64,000 nt of DNA from Octopus sinensis (taxonomy: Eukaryota). The translations under genes and the position numbers were made by a program. Below the pieces are notes generated by a model. The model did not search any database. It was not told the origin of the DNA and was given only the letters and a program-made list of their open reading frames with translations. Shown one piece after another: positions 49,709-62,869 of the stretch (its first letter is position 1; every line of letters starts with the position of its first letter). The DNA is taken from the NCBI RefSeq assembly GCF_006345805.1, contig NC_043014.1, positions 7,316,001 to 7,380,000 of the forward strand, in the 5' to 3' direction.

Positions 49709-50335
49709 TAAACCCTTTCATTACTGTATTTATTTTGAGATGCTCTGTGTTCCTTTCAATTAATTTTAAATATAACAAAGAATTTAGTAAAATAACTTAG
49801 TTATCATTAAGCTAGTGTTAGGAACATAAATTGTGACTAAGGTTTGGTGGATGATTTTAATTCAAAACCTATGAAAACAAGATATTTATACTCAGAGCCA
49901 AAGGTGGTTTCAACCAGGTTGGTTTCAAAAGGATTAAGAATTATTCTCTATTATATATTTTAACCCTTTCATTACTGTATTTATTTTGAGATGCTCTGTT
50001 TCTTTCAATTACTTTAAATAACAAAGAATTTAGTAAAATAACTTAGTTATCATTAAGCTAGTGTTAGGAACATAAATTGTGACTAAGGCTTGGTGGAATA
50101 TTTTAATTCAAAACCTATGAAAACAAGACTAAGGTTTGGTGGAAGATTCAGAACTTTTGAAAACCAGACATTTGTACTCATAGCCAAAATTGGTTTCAGC
50201 CAGGTTGGTATCAAAAGGATTAAGAATTATTCTCTATTATATATATTTTAACCCTTTTGTTACCATATTTCTGTTGAGATGCTCTGTGTTTCTTTCAATT
50301 ATTCTAAATATCACAAAGAATTTAGTAAAATAACG
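49709..50335. mobile_element. Tandem array of ~2.5 copies of the same TTAA MITE
   Basis: Homologous to 62870-63853. Confidence 0.8.
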
Positions 50336-51299
50336 GTATCTCATTAACACTCATGTCTGGATTTTACTTTCGTTTTTAAATAGTTTCATTTTGGTGAGAA
50401 GAGAAATATTTCAAACTCTATGGCCTGGAAAGGACCTGTTTTGCAGAAAGTGAATTAAATAGTTTCCCTTTCGTTTCATTCTGAAAACAACGAAGTGAGC
50501 TAAAATGATGCAATTGTTAACGCCACAACTGTAATAGTGACAGCATTGTTTTTTATTCTGTCCATCTGTCTGTAAGAAAGAAAGATAGGTAGACAGATAG
50601 ATAGATAGATAGATAGATAGGTAGACAGATATGTAGACAGACAGATAGATAAGTTTCTTTATTGGCCACACAGGGCTGCACACAGATGGGACAAGTTACA
50701 AGGTAGAGCTTTTCTTTTGGGGGAGGAAAAAAAAAGAAAAAGGTGGCGTAGGTTTTCGATCAGATAGATAGATAGATAGATAAACAGTTAGACAGATAGA
50801 TAGATAAATAGTTAGACAGATAGATAGATAAATAGACATAGACAGATAGATAGACAAATAGTTAGATAGATAGACAGATAGATAGATAGACAGACAGATA
50901 AACATATATAGACAGACTCAGATAGATGCATAAACATAGGAGCAGGCATGGCTGTGTGGTAAGTAGCTTGCTTACCAACCGCATGGTTCCAGGTTCAGTA
51001 CCACTGCGTGGCACCTTGGGCAAGTGTCTTCTACTATAGCCTCGGGTTAACCAGGGCTTTGTGAGTTGATTTAGTAGACGGAAACTGAACGAAGCCCGTC
51101 GTGTGTTTGTGTCTGTCCCCCCCATCATCGCTTGACCACCGATGTTGGTGTGTTTACGCCTCCGTAAGCTAGCGGTTCGGCATAAGTGACCAATAGAATA
51201 AGTACTTGGCTTACAAAGAATAATTTTTAGGGTTGATTTGTTTGACTAAAGGCACTGCACCAGCATGGCCGCAATCAAATGACTGAAACAAATAAAAAT

Positions 51300-51319
51300 A
51301 TATACACTATGCATGTGTG

Positions 51320-51358
<39 letters not shown>

Positions 51359-51408
51359 GCATAGTGTATATATTTATTTTATATATATAATATACACACA
51401 CATATATA

Positions 51409-51440
<32 letters not shown>

Positions 51441-51459
51441 CATACATATACATACATAC

Positions 51460-51502
<43 letters not shown>

Positions 51503-51596
51503 CATACATATACATACATACATACATACATATACATACATACATATATATATATACATACATATACATACATACATACATATACATACATACATA

Positions 51597-51628
<32 letters not shown>

Positions 51629-51635
51629 CATACAT

Positions 51636-51668
<33 letters not shown>

Positions 51669-51669
51669 C

Positions 51670-51708
<39 letters not shown>

Positions 51709-51715
51709 CATATAC

Positions 51716-51745
<30 letters not shown>
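51300..51745. repeat. Compound (TA)n/(TACA)n microsatellite; similar tracts occur throughout, e.g. (TC)n ~20-94 and (TG)n(AG)n ~29865-29955
   Basis: Visible directly. Confidence 0.95.
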
Positions 51746-51747
<2 letters not shown>

Positions 51748-53270
51748 CATCATCATCATCATCATCATCATTTAGCGTCCGTTTTCCATGCTAGCATGGG
51801 TTGGACGGTTCAACTGGGGTCTGGGGAGCCCGAAGGCTGCACCAGGCCAGTCAGATCTGGCAGTGTTTCTACAGCTGGATGCCCTTCCTAACGCCAACCA
51901 CTCCGAGAGTGTAGTGGGTGATTTTATGTGCCACTGACACAGGTGCCAGACGAGGCTGGCGAACGGCCACGCTCGGATGGTGTTTTTATGTGCCACCGAC
52001 ACAGGTGCCAGACGAGGCTGGCAGACGGCCACGCTCGGATGGTGTTTTTATGTGCCACCGACACAGGTGCCAGATGAGGCTGGCGGACGGCCACGATCGG
52101 ATGGTGTTTGTTACGTCCCCAAAGCACGGAGGCCAGTCGATGCGGTACTGGCTACGGCCACGTTCGGATGATTTTCTTGTGGGCACCGGCACTGGTACCA
52201 CAAAGATACACAATTCCATTTATGTTCATCTATTTTGATTTGTTTTGATTTGATTTGATTTTTTGATTTTTCACTTGCCTCAACAGGTCTTCACAAGTGT
52301 CACAAGAAGGAAGGTATGCACAGGTGGACTGACTACGTCCCAGGTAGGGGCCACGGGTTATGGCCTGACTAGTCTTGCCGGTCTTCGGATGGTGTTTTTA
52401 TGTGCCACCGACACAGGTGCCAGATGAGGCTGGCGAACGGCCACGATCGGATGGTGTTTGTTGCGTGCCCACAGCACGGAGGCCAGTCGATGCGGTACTG
52501 GCTACGGCCACGTTCGGATGGTTTTCTTGTGTGCCACCGGCACTGGTACCACAGAGATACAAATTCCATTGATGTCATCTATTTTGATTTGATTGATTTG
52601 ATTTGATTTGATTTTCACTTGCCTCAACAGGTCTTCACAAGTGTCACAAGAAGGAAGGAAGGTATGCACAGGTGGACTGACTACGTCCCAAGTAGGGGCC
52701 ACGGGTTATGGCCTGACTAGTCTTGCCGGGTCTTCGGTTGGTATTTTTATGTGCCACCGACACAGGTGCCAGATGAGGCTGGCGGACGGCCACGATCGGA
52801 TGGTGTTTGTTATGTGCCCACATCACAGAGGCCAGTCGATGCGATACTGGCTACGGCCACGTTCGGATGGTTTTCTTGTGTGCCACCGGTACTGGTACCA
52901 CAAAGATACAAATTCCATTGATGTTCATCTATTTTGATTTGGTTTGATTTGATTTGATTTGATTTTGATTTTCACTTGCCTCAACAGGTCTACACAAGTG
53001 TCACACACTTGCCTCAACAGGTCTTCACAAGTGTCATAAGTAGGAAGGTATGCACAGGTGGACTGACTACGTCGCCGGGTCTTCGGATGGTGTTTTTATG
53101 TGCCACCGACACAGGTGCCAGATGTGGCTGGCGAACGGCCACATCGGATGGTTTTCTTGTGTGCCACCGGTACTGGAACCACAAAGATACAAATTCCATT
53201 GATGTTCATCTATTTTGATTTGGTTTGATTTTCACTTGCCTCAACAGGTCTTCACAAGTGTCACACATGT
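51745..53270 (-). mobile_element. RTE 3' UTR with 3-4 tandem reiterations of its 5' ~360 bp
   Basis: Repeated units rejoin at ...cttgccg(g)gtctt-cgg(a/t)tgg... Confidence 0.8.
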
Positions 53271-53272
53271 AT

Positions 53273-53321
<49 letters not shown>

Positions 53322-53502
53322 TATATATATAGACACACACTTTACATATAGTACACATAAACACAATACATATGTATGGATAGATATATATACACCACCC
53401 ATGCTTTATATATCTTGTTTTCACAGGCCAAAATTTGCTGGTGGGGGAACCTGAAAAGTAAAACCACTTCAAAGACGCCCAAAGTGTGATTATTATGTGA
53501 TA

Positions 53503-54015
53503 TCTATATATATAAAACTGTAGTTGTGTGAGTGTCTGTCCCCTTCGATTTAGATTCCTAACTACTCCCACATTTTGCGGTGCAGTTTAACCAAATTCGG
53601 GTATCTTATAGTCGTGATTCATATCAAGCCCGTCTGCATATTAGCGCGCGTCTACGATGAGTCTACGATTTTTAAAATAATTTAACATCATTTTTTAGTC
53701 CATTTTAATGCATAATTTTTCGTGTGTCGATGGTGGCGGAGTTGGCGTCCATGGTTACACCTGCACCTGTTTGCTTCTCCCCCTTCTTCCCTCCCTCGTG
53801 AAGCTGTGGGGAAGGGAGTGTAAGGAAATCAACGTTGTAAAGCGTTGTCAAGGAGACCAGCGTTCTTTTAGAACAACGACTTCATGGCTTGAAGACACCA
53901 AAACAGAAATGGCTAAGAAAGCCCGAATTGGCATCTATAAGGGAAGTAACTCTCTAAAAATGCTTATATAGTTATTTCCCTTACAAACCCGAGCAAAGCC
54001 GGGCGATACTGCTAG
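53503..54015 (+). mobile_element. Non-autonomous Helitron with an extra ~220-bp internal segment
   Basis: Same termini and body as 17879-18256, plus 53716-53938. Confidence 0.85.
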
Positions 54016-54107
54016 TTCCAACTGTAAACCAAAGACCATGATTACCATACGAAATTATATCCATAATTACCATTTAAGGAAACAACAACTAAAACAAAAC
54101 TACTTAC

Positions 54108-54135
54108 CCAGATGGATATACCTATAATGAGAATC
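54108..54135 (-). other. Candidate 5' UTR micro-exon (14 or 28 nt)
   Basis: Perfect GTAAGT donor at 54107, preceded by tandem acceptors (TAG before 54121, CAG before 54135). Sequence-only inference. Confidence 0.35.
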
Positions 54136-54542
54136 CTGTCAATAAACTGTTAAATAATGTGTGGTGTTATCTCTAAGACGGGTGACGTATTGTTCTACGC
54201 AGTGGGGGAAATCTTTAAAAGTGAAAGTGTTTTTCTCATTTCAAAGAATCTATGTAAGAAATACTATGAAATCAGCAAAGGGACATAATTCTTTCAGTGT
54301 TGAACTAATTTAGATATTACTTGGTGTAACTACAGTTTGGGACCCCAAACTCAGAATATGCATGCATGCACACAGACACGCATAAATATGAAGGATTCTC
54401 CTGTGCACGATAAATGAGGGTTCAGTAAAGTAAAGCGTGGTTAATGTTGCTTTGACACCCGGCCCCCCAAAACAAAAACAAAAAAGAAACAACTGTAATA
54501 AATGTAAAAAAAAATTTTAAATGCGTGTTAAACGAATATGTA

Positions 54543-54953
54543 ATCTTTTCGGTTTGAACGGCAATTTTTTCTAGCGGTGTCATATGAAATTGTCACCCAT
54601 AATTATGACCCTACAATCGATCTATTGCATTTCAATCTGTTTTAGGGTTAGGGGTGGGGGAAGGGTACCTTTTTTCTTCAGAAATGTAAATAAACCCAAT
54701 CTGTTTCTTAAACGAGGGACATATTCATACGATACAGAATGTTTTTTTTTACTTCAATAGACGTCAGTGATTGGTTGAAATTGCAGAAATTGAAGAAGAA
54801 AAAACAACAAATACCTTACAAACTATAGAATTTTCTCAATAAAACCAAGAGAAAAAGATGTTTTATAAACACATTCTACCAGTATACGAAGTTTAATAGT
54901 GTTTAGTTACGTGGAAATTATTTTAAAAAAACTGCCGTTCAAACCGAAAAGAT
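54543..54953. mobile_element. Unclassified MITE with ~27-bp TIRs and an internal TTAGGG doublet
   Basis: atcttttcggtttgaacggca / tgccgttcaaaccgaaaagat. Confidence 0.75.
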
Positions 54954-55094
54954 CCCGAATATGGAAACAAAAATTTGCGCCAACGAACCGGGCGAAGACT
55001 TTCGGAAAATTCAAACGATCCGATTTTTTCCTTCGTAACTTTTGGGAAAATGGATATCTTTTGATGAAATATTATATGGGGGGAGAGGAGAGGA

Positions 55095-55417
55095 GCACTC
55101 CGTCGGTTACGATGACGAGGGTCCCAGCTGATACGATCGACGGAACAGCCTGCTCATGAAATTAACGCGCAAATGGCTGAGCATTCCACAGACATGTGTA
55201 CCCCTAACGTAGTTCTCAGGGAGATTCAGCGTGACATAGAGTGTGACAAGGCTGGCCCTTTTTAAATGCAGGTACTACTCATTTTTGCCAGCTGAGTGGA
55301 CTGGAGCAACATGAAATAAAGTGTCTTGCTCAAGAACACAACGCGTCGCCTGGAATCGAACTCACGACCTTACAATCGTGAGCCAAATGCCCTAACCACC
55401 AAGCCATGCGCCTTCAC
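55095..55417 (-). mobile_element. SINE with tRNA head, CORE-like middle and family D 3' module; related copies at ~42290-42575 and ~27095-27300
   Basis: gcgttgtgttcttgagcaagacactttatttc segment resembles the CORE domain. The 3' part matches family D. Confidence 0.7.
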
Positions 55418-55564
55418 GCCTTTCAAATGGCATAGACAGAAATTATAAAGAAATTTGTGGGGGAAAATTTTCCGAATGGGGGAGGAGAGGACTTTTGAAG
55501 AGAAAAAGTTTCATAAATTATGTTTTTCTTGAGTATAATGGAAATAAGTTTTTAAAAAAATTTA

Positions 55565-55670
55565 TCATGGTCGACGCGACGTTCACACGCTACACACCTT
55601 CCTTCCGAGCACTGCTGTAAACAGCGGAAGTGAACTAGAACATTAAAACGTAATGCGCATGAACAACAGA
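55565..55670 (-). promoter_or_regulatory. Candidate promoter/TSS region of the TDRD12-like gene
   Basis: Unique, locally CpG-rich patch (gtcgacgcgacg) with an ETS-type GCGGAAGTG and an NRF1-like TGCGCATG, upstream of coding exon 1. Confidence 0.4.
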
Positions 55671-55889
55671 GGTCAAGGTCAATCTCTGCCAAGCAGCTTC
55701 ACTTTGCGTGCTTTAGCTTCGTTACTATGGCAACAGTCCGGATACTTATTCATCAGACCTTGTACACATTATTTTACACCAATTACACTTTTTGGGGGGA
55801 TTCTTTCGATGATTCCCTTTTACATCAAGTGTATTTGTTTACATTTCAAGTAGATCATCACTTTCCGAAAAATTTCTATTTTTTTTATA

Positions 55890-56300
55890 TATAGGCGCAG
55901 GAGTGGCTGTGTGGTAAGTAGCTTGCTTACCAACCACATGGTTCCGGGTTCAGTCCCACTGCGTGGCACCTTGGGCAAGTGTCTTTTACTATAGCCTCGG
56001 GCCCACCAAATCCTTGTGAGTGGATTTGGTAGACGGAAACTGAAAGAAGCCCGTCGTATATATGTATATATATATATGTGTGTTTGTGTGTGTGTGTTTG
56101 TCTCCCTAGCATTGCTTGACAACCGATGCTAGTGTGTTTACGTCCCCGTCACTTAGCGGTTCGGCAAATGAGAGACCGATAGAATAAGTACAAGGCTTAC
56201 AATGAATAAGTCCCAGGGTCGATTTGCTCGACTAAAGGTGGTGCTCCAGCATGGCCGCAGTCAAATGATTGAAACAAGTAAAAGAGAAAAGAGTAAAGAG
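55890..56300 (+). mobile_element. SINE family A; further plus copies at ~50935-51290, ~60077-60480 and ~61610-62078
   Basis: Matches the family A sequence. Confidence 0.85.
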
Positions 56301-58010
56301 TATGTGACGTTAGGGTTAGGGTATCTTTTTTCTTCAGTGGGTTTATAAGTGACAGCTATGTTACTAGTACCGAATGATCACCTCTTTTTTTTTCTCTTTT
56401 GCCCAGGTGTTAAAGTAAACATTAGCCCAATATAAAGATCTTTCCCCGGGAACAGAAAAAGGGTTAACCAGCCTGGGGATATTAACAAGTGTGTGGAAAA
56501 CGAATATGAACAAAATAATGCGCGCCGACGAAATTTCACTGTTATCGCAGTTTTGTAAGATTTGGCTGCTATTTTGTAGTAAGTGGATAACCGGCTTGAA
56601 GACCTGAGGGTCCGCCGAGGTCGACTTTGCCTTTCACCCTTTCGGGGCCGATTAAATAAGTACCAGTTCCGTACTGGGGTCGATATAATAGACTTAATCC
56701 GTTTGTCTGTCCTTGTTTGTCCTCCCTGTGTTTTAGCCCCTTGTGGGTAGTAAAGAAATGGGTATTTCGTCTGTCTTTACGTTCTGAGTTCAAATTATGC
56801 CGAGGCCGACTTTGCTATTTATCCTTTCGGGGCCGATTAAATAAGTACCAGTTCCGTACTGGGGTCGATATAATAAACAATCCGTTTGTCTGTCCTTGTT
56901 TGTCCTCCCTGTGTTTTAGCCCCTTGTGGGTAGTAAAGAAATGGGTATTTCGTCTGTCTTTACGTTCTGAGTTCAAATTATGCCGAGGCCGACTTTGCTA
57001 TTTATCCTTTCGGGGCCGATTAAATAAGTACCAGTTACGTACTGGGGTCAATATAATCGACTTAATCCGTTTTGTCTGTCCTCTCTGTTTAGCCCCATGT
57101 GGGTAGTAAAGAAATAGGTGTATATATATATATATATATATATATATCCATTTTTTCCCCCTTGTTGAAAAATTGAACTTTTACAAACATCGTATTTTTC
57201 TATAATTTCGCAAAAAAAAAAAAAGAATCCGGAAAAAGTGAAAAATGAGGGGGGGGGACTTTTTTTCCGAATCGGATCCTCCATAACCAAAAACGTGAGA
57301 TTCCGTAAAAAGATCAATATATATCCATATATACCTTAAGTTATGATAGAAAAATCGGATCTCGTGAATTTTCCGAAAGTCGCCTCCCCACCCCCACAGG
57401 GTCGTCAGCGCGCATTTTTTCTTTTTCATATTCGTTTTCCACACACATGTTAACACCCCCACCCCCTGTTGGGTTTTTTTTTTGTTCCTAAAATAAGGTC
57501 TTTATATTGACCCCCTCCTATTACAGTACCAGGTCAACCAATGCCTATGAACGAATTCGGTATACAGAAACAGTATAGAAACTTGTTACGTGTGTGTGTG
57601 TGTGTTTGCGTTTCCCCAGTACCGCATGACAACCGGTGTTGGTTTATTTACGTCCCCGTAAGTCGTCGAGCTGGCAGAGAATTGTTAGCATGCTGGACGA
57701 TATGCCTAGCGATATTTCGCCCGTCGCTACGTTTTGAGTTAAAATTCCGCCGAGGTCGGCTTTACTTTTGGCGTTAGGAAGGGCATCCAGCCGTAGAAAC
57801 ACTGCCAGATCAGACTGGGCCTGGTGCAGCCTTCTGGCTTCCCAGACCCCAGTTGAACCGTCCAACCCATGCTAGCATGGGAAGCGGACGCTAAACGATG
57901 ATGATGTAACGTTAACAGCTTTGCAAAAGGGACCTATAGAAAATGTACCAGACTTAAAAGAGAAAAAAACAAAATAGTAGACGGAAACTGAAAGAAGCCT
58001 GTCGGTATAT

Positions 58011-58068
<58 letters not shown>

Positions 58069-58165
58069 TGTGTGTTTGTCCCCCTAGCATTGCTTGACAA
58101 CCGATGCTGGTGTGTTTATGTCCCCGTCACTTAGCGGTTCGGCAAAAAGCGACCGATAGAATAAG

Positions 58166-59668
58166 GGCACTTGTCATGCTTTTTAGCTGTCAGAAGTGAA
58201 AGTCGTCAACTTCCGTGTATTTACGTCAGGTTTATACCTTCGTTAATTTACGCCGTTAATTTACGTACCACCCTAACAGCGTGGTTTATAAAACAATTGA
58301 AGTTCAGTTTAAAGTTTATAAATAAATATATTTGGCAATCTTTCGTCTCTAGTAGACCTTTCCGTCGATTTCCGTAAAAAAATTTTTTTTTTTTACATAT
58401 GGGCTTGCGGGAACTTTTGAAGTAATGAGAGCGAAAGAGACTAAGAGAAAGCGATTGTATGACGAGGGAAGTTCTTTTGAAGTTACCGTGCATGGAAAGC
58501 ATTGATGTACATGTGTGCGCGTGAGTGTGTGTGTGTGTTTGATGGGGTGTGGGAGACAGACAGTATGTTGTGTAAGTGAAGTGCTTCTGTTAGTGTGTGT
58601 GAAGAGACAGAGAGAGTAATGTGTGAAAGAGAGAGATAACTGAAATTTTTTGTATATTACTTCAAAAGTTCCCGCAAGCCCATATGTAAAAAAAAATTTT
58701 TTTTTACGGAAATCGACGGAAAGGTCTACTAGAGACGAAAGATCGCCATACATTTCATTCCATGTTCTGTTTAGACTTTATAAATAAATATATTCTTGCA
58801 GTGTGTGTATATGTGGCTATATGTCTGACTAATGTGTGTGTGTCTGTATTTATTGTATGTGTGTATAAGTAGTTATATGCTTATATTATCCATTATAGTA
58901 ATATTTGTCTGTTGAAACACGTTTTAAGGCGATCAATAGTTTAATTAAAGATGTGTCTATACATGTGTGTGTATATATATATATAATATATAATATATAT
59001 ATATGTGTATACATATATATATATATATATATATACATGTATACATAATATATATATATATACATGTGTATACATATATATATATATACATGTGTAATGT
59101 ATACACATGTATATATATATACATGTATAGACACATCTTTAATTAAACTATTGACCGCCTTAAAACGGATTTCAACAGACAAATGGAAGCACTCCGTCGG
59201 TTACGACGACGAGGGTTCCGGTTGATCCGAATCAACGGAACAGCCTGCTCGTGAAATTAACGTGTAAGTGGCTGAGCACTCCACAGACATGTGCACCCTT
59301 AACGTAGTTCTCGGGGATATTCAGCGTGACACAGAGAGTGACAAGGCCGGCCCCTTGAAATACAGGTACAACAGAAACAGGAAGTAAGAGTGAGAGAAAG
59401 TTGTGGTGAAAGAGTACAGCAGGGATCACCACCATCCTCTGCCGGAGCCTCGTGGAGCTTTTAGGTGTTTTTGCTCAATAAACACTCACAATGCCCGGTC
59501 TAGGAATCGAAACCGCGAGTCCGCTGCCGTAACCACTGGGCCAATGCGCCTCCACAACAGACAAATATTACTGTAATGGATAATATATAAGAATATGGCA
59601 CTGTCATGCTTTTAGCTGTCAGCATGACAGTGCCATGTTAACGACTTTCACTTCTGACAGCTAAAAGC
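58166..59668. mobile_element. Nested foldback structure: outer IRs plus two internal palindromic cassettes
   Basis: 58166-58210 vs 59637-59668; 58338-58426 vs 58656-58743; ~58881-58975 vs ~59105-59184 plus 59567-59590. Confidence 0.65.
59185..59555 (-). mobile_element. SINE family D with an 11-bp target-site duplication
   Basis: Flanked by aacagacaaat at 59174-59184 and 59556-59566. Confidence 0.85.
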
Positions 59669-60691
59669 AGTTCGGCAAAAGAAACCGATAGAATAAGTAC
59701 TGGGCTTACAAAAAGAATAAGTCCCGGGGTCGATTTGCTCGACTAAAAGGCGGTGCTCCAGCATGGCCGCAGTCAAATGACTGAAACAAGTAAAAGAGTA
59801 AAAGAGATACAGTACGGCGACGGGCCGGATGAATTGACCCCGAGGGCCGCGTAGTTCACTGACCCCCCCCACACACACACACACACACATACCCATCCAC
59901 CCACCCACACTTAACTAGTGCCCTTCAAGACGGTGTAAGCCCCAGCATGGCCGCAGTCCAATGACTGAAAAAGTAAAAAGATAAAAATATACAGCCGGGC
60001 TTTCTGAAGAGCTGTCCAAGACAAACTGGAATTTCCCCGTTTCTATAAATAATACAAGTGTTGATAATGTATGGATATAGGCGCAGGAGTGGCTGTGTGG
60101 TAAGTAGCTTGCTAACCAACCACATGGTCCCGGGTTCAGTCCCACTGCGTGGCATCTTGGGCAAGTGTCTTCTGCTATAGCCCCGGGCCGACCAATGCCT
60201 TGTGAGTGGATTTGGTAGACGGAAACTGAAAGAAGCCCGTCGTATATATATACATATATATATATGTATATGCGTGTGTGTTTGTGTCTGTGTTTGTCCC
60301 CCTAGCATTGCTTGACAACCGATGCTGGTGTGTTTACGTCCCCGTCACTTAGCGGTTCGGCAAAAGAGACCGATAGAATAAGTACTGGTCTTACAAAAGA
60401 ATAAGTCCCGGGGTCGATTTGCTCGACTAAAGGCGGTGCTCCAGCATGGCCGCAGTCAAAATGACTGAAACATGTAAAAAAAAAAAAAATTTTTTTAATA
60501 ATCCATCGTTTTATAATTATAAAACTTATAAAAGACAACGTTTCGCTGTTGGAATTAAGGTGTCAAAGGTTGACTTTTGCGTTTCAGACTTCTAAAGTAT
60601 TGAATTGTCTTTCGTTCACCATTCCCAGTCAATATCTGATGCTGCAAATCCAAATTTGCAGTTAAAACTGAAAGAAGCCCGTCGTATATCG

Positions 60692-60730
<39 letters not shown>

Positions 60731-60780
60731 TACAAAGTGAGATATCCATTTTCTTATTTATATATATATATATATATATA

Positions 60781-61161
60781 CTAGCAGTATCGCCCGGCGT
60801 TGCTCGGGTTTGTAAGGGAAATAACTATATAAGAATTTTTAGAGAGTTATAGCCAAAAAATGCATTAAAAATGGAAAAAAAATAATGGTAACTTTTTTTT
60901 AAATCGTTGGCTCATCGTAGACATTTTTAGAGTTACTTCCCTTACATAATAGCGAAAAAATGCATTAAAATGGGAAAAAATGATGGTGAATTATTTTTTA
61001 AATCGTAGACTCATCGTAGACGCGCGCTAATACCCAGAAGGGCTCGATATGAATGACGACTATAAGATACCCGGTTTTGGTTAAACTGCACCACAAAATG
61101 TGGGAGTAGTTAGGAATCTAAATCGCAGGAGACAGACACACAACTTCACTTTTATATATAA

Positions 61162-61164
<3 letters not shown>
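60781..61164 (-). mobile_element. Non-autonomous Helitron
   Basis: Reverse complement of the 17879-18256 family. Confidence 0.85.
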
Positions 61165-61216
<52 letters not shown>

Positions 61217-62869
61217 GTATGTATACGTTTGTGTGTCTGTTTGTCCCGCCAACATCGCTTGACAACCGATGCTGGTGTGTTTACGTCCCCATAACTTAGC
61301 GGTTCGGCAAAAGTGACCGATAGAACAAGTACTAGGCTTACAATGAATAAGTCCTAGGGTCGATTTGCTCGACTAAATCTCTGTTATAAAAAAGGCAACA
61401 CGTGTTGGCGTAAGGTGATTATTGGGCAATCGTGACCAAAGATTGCCTCTTATTAAAACATGGGTCGGTCTATAAAACTACCAATAATCCGTTGAGGACG
61501 GCTTTAGCTTTCCAAATATTTTTTTGTCGGTCATTCAGAACAGCTACCGGACATAAGTTGGAATTTCTCTAAGTTTCTTTTAATTTTTTTTTCCTTTTTG
61601 TGTGGGTGTCGGCTGTGTGATAAGTGACTTGCTTACCAACCACATGGTTCCGGGTTCAGTCCCACTACGTGGCACCTCGGGCAAGTGTCTTCTGCTATAG
61701 CCTCGGGCCGACCATAGCCTTGTGAGTGGATTTGGTAGACGGAAACTGGGAGAAGCCCGTCGTAAATATATATATAAGTACAAAGTGAGATATCCATTTT
61801 CTTTATATATATATATGTATATGTATGTATGTATGTATGATGTTGTGTGTGTGTGTGTGTGTATACGTTTATGTTTGTCCTCCCCAACATCGCTTGACAA
61901 CCGATGCCGGTGTGTTTACGTCCCCGTAAATTAACGGTTCGGCAAAAAAAGACCGATAGAATAAGTACTAGGCTTACAATGAATAAGTTCCGGGGTCGGT
62001 TTTGCTCGACTAAAAGGCGGTGCTCCAGCACGGCCACAGTCAAATGACTGAAACGAGTAAAAGGGAGTAAAAGAGTATACATTTTCCTGAGGGGTTAGGG
62101 TAACCCTGTTTCGGTTTGGATATTTTTTTATTCTAAGGAAACAGGGGGGGGGTGTCTTTTAATTTTTTTTTTCTTTATTAAGAAACAAATTATGGAGTAA
62201 TACACCTTCATCATGTTTTCACAAAAATCTTTCGGTTCCTGTTTCACAAACGTTTATTGAAGAATGCGAATTTAAATAAACGTGTAAGTGTGTGATTCTG
62301 TTAAGACATCACATTTATAGGGGTCTTCTGTCAACCTTAAAATATAAAAATAAGCAACACGTGTTGAAAGAACGAAGATAAAACAGCCCCTAAAAATTCT
62401 CAGAAAAACTATATCAATTCCTTTTTCTTGTTATTATTTTTTCCCTTTTTTCTCTCTTTCATAAAAAATTATTATTTCTTAAATTACTTCCAACTTATAT
62501 CACTTTCTTAATTGTCGCCCAAGTGATAACAGAAAACGTGGGGGGGTTTTTTAAAAAATAAACATTAAAACAAACCAAATTGACTTAACACATCAATTAT
62601 AGAGAAAGATAAATTAAATATATATACATATATATACTTACAAAAAATTTGGTCAGATCTAAAATACCAGCGTATTGATGTGTTCGAGTGATTAAAACAT
62701 GTATACACACATATACATTCATGAACCACACTTGCTGATGAGAAATGAAAATACTGTTAGGCGGGTGTGTTCGGATATTAAAATGCACCGCCGGTGTCGC
62801 ACCAAACCGAGTCCCTCCACCGCCGGTGTCGGACCAAACCGAGTCCCTTAATTACAGAGGGTACTTAAA

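Noticed and set aside
54640-54652. TTAGGG doublets (also ~56310 and ~62095)
   Set aside because: Only 1-2 units embedded in repeats; not telomeric arrays.
62735-62755. CTGATGA-gaaat-GAAA hammerhead candidate
   Set aside because: No closing stems.
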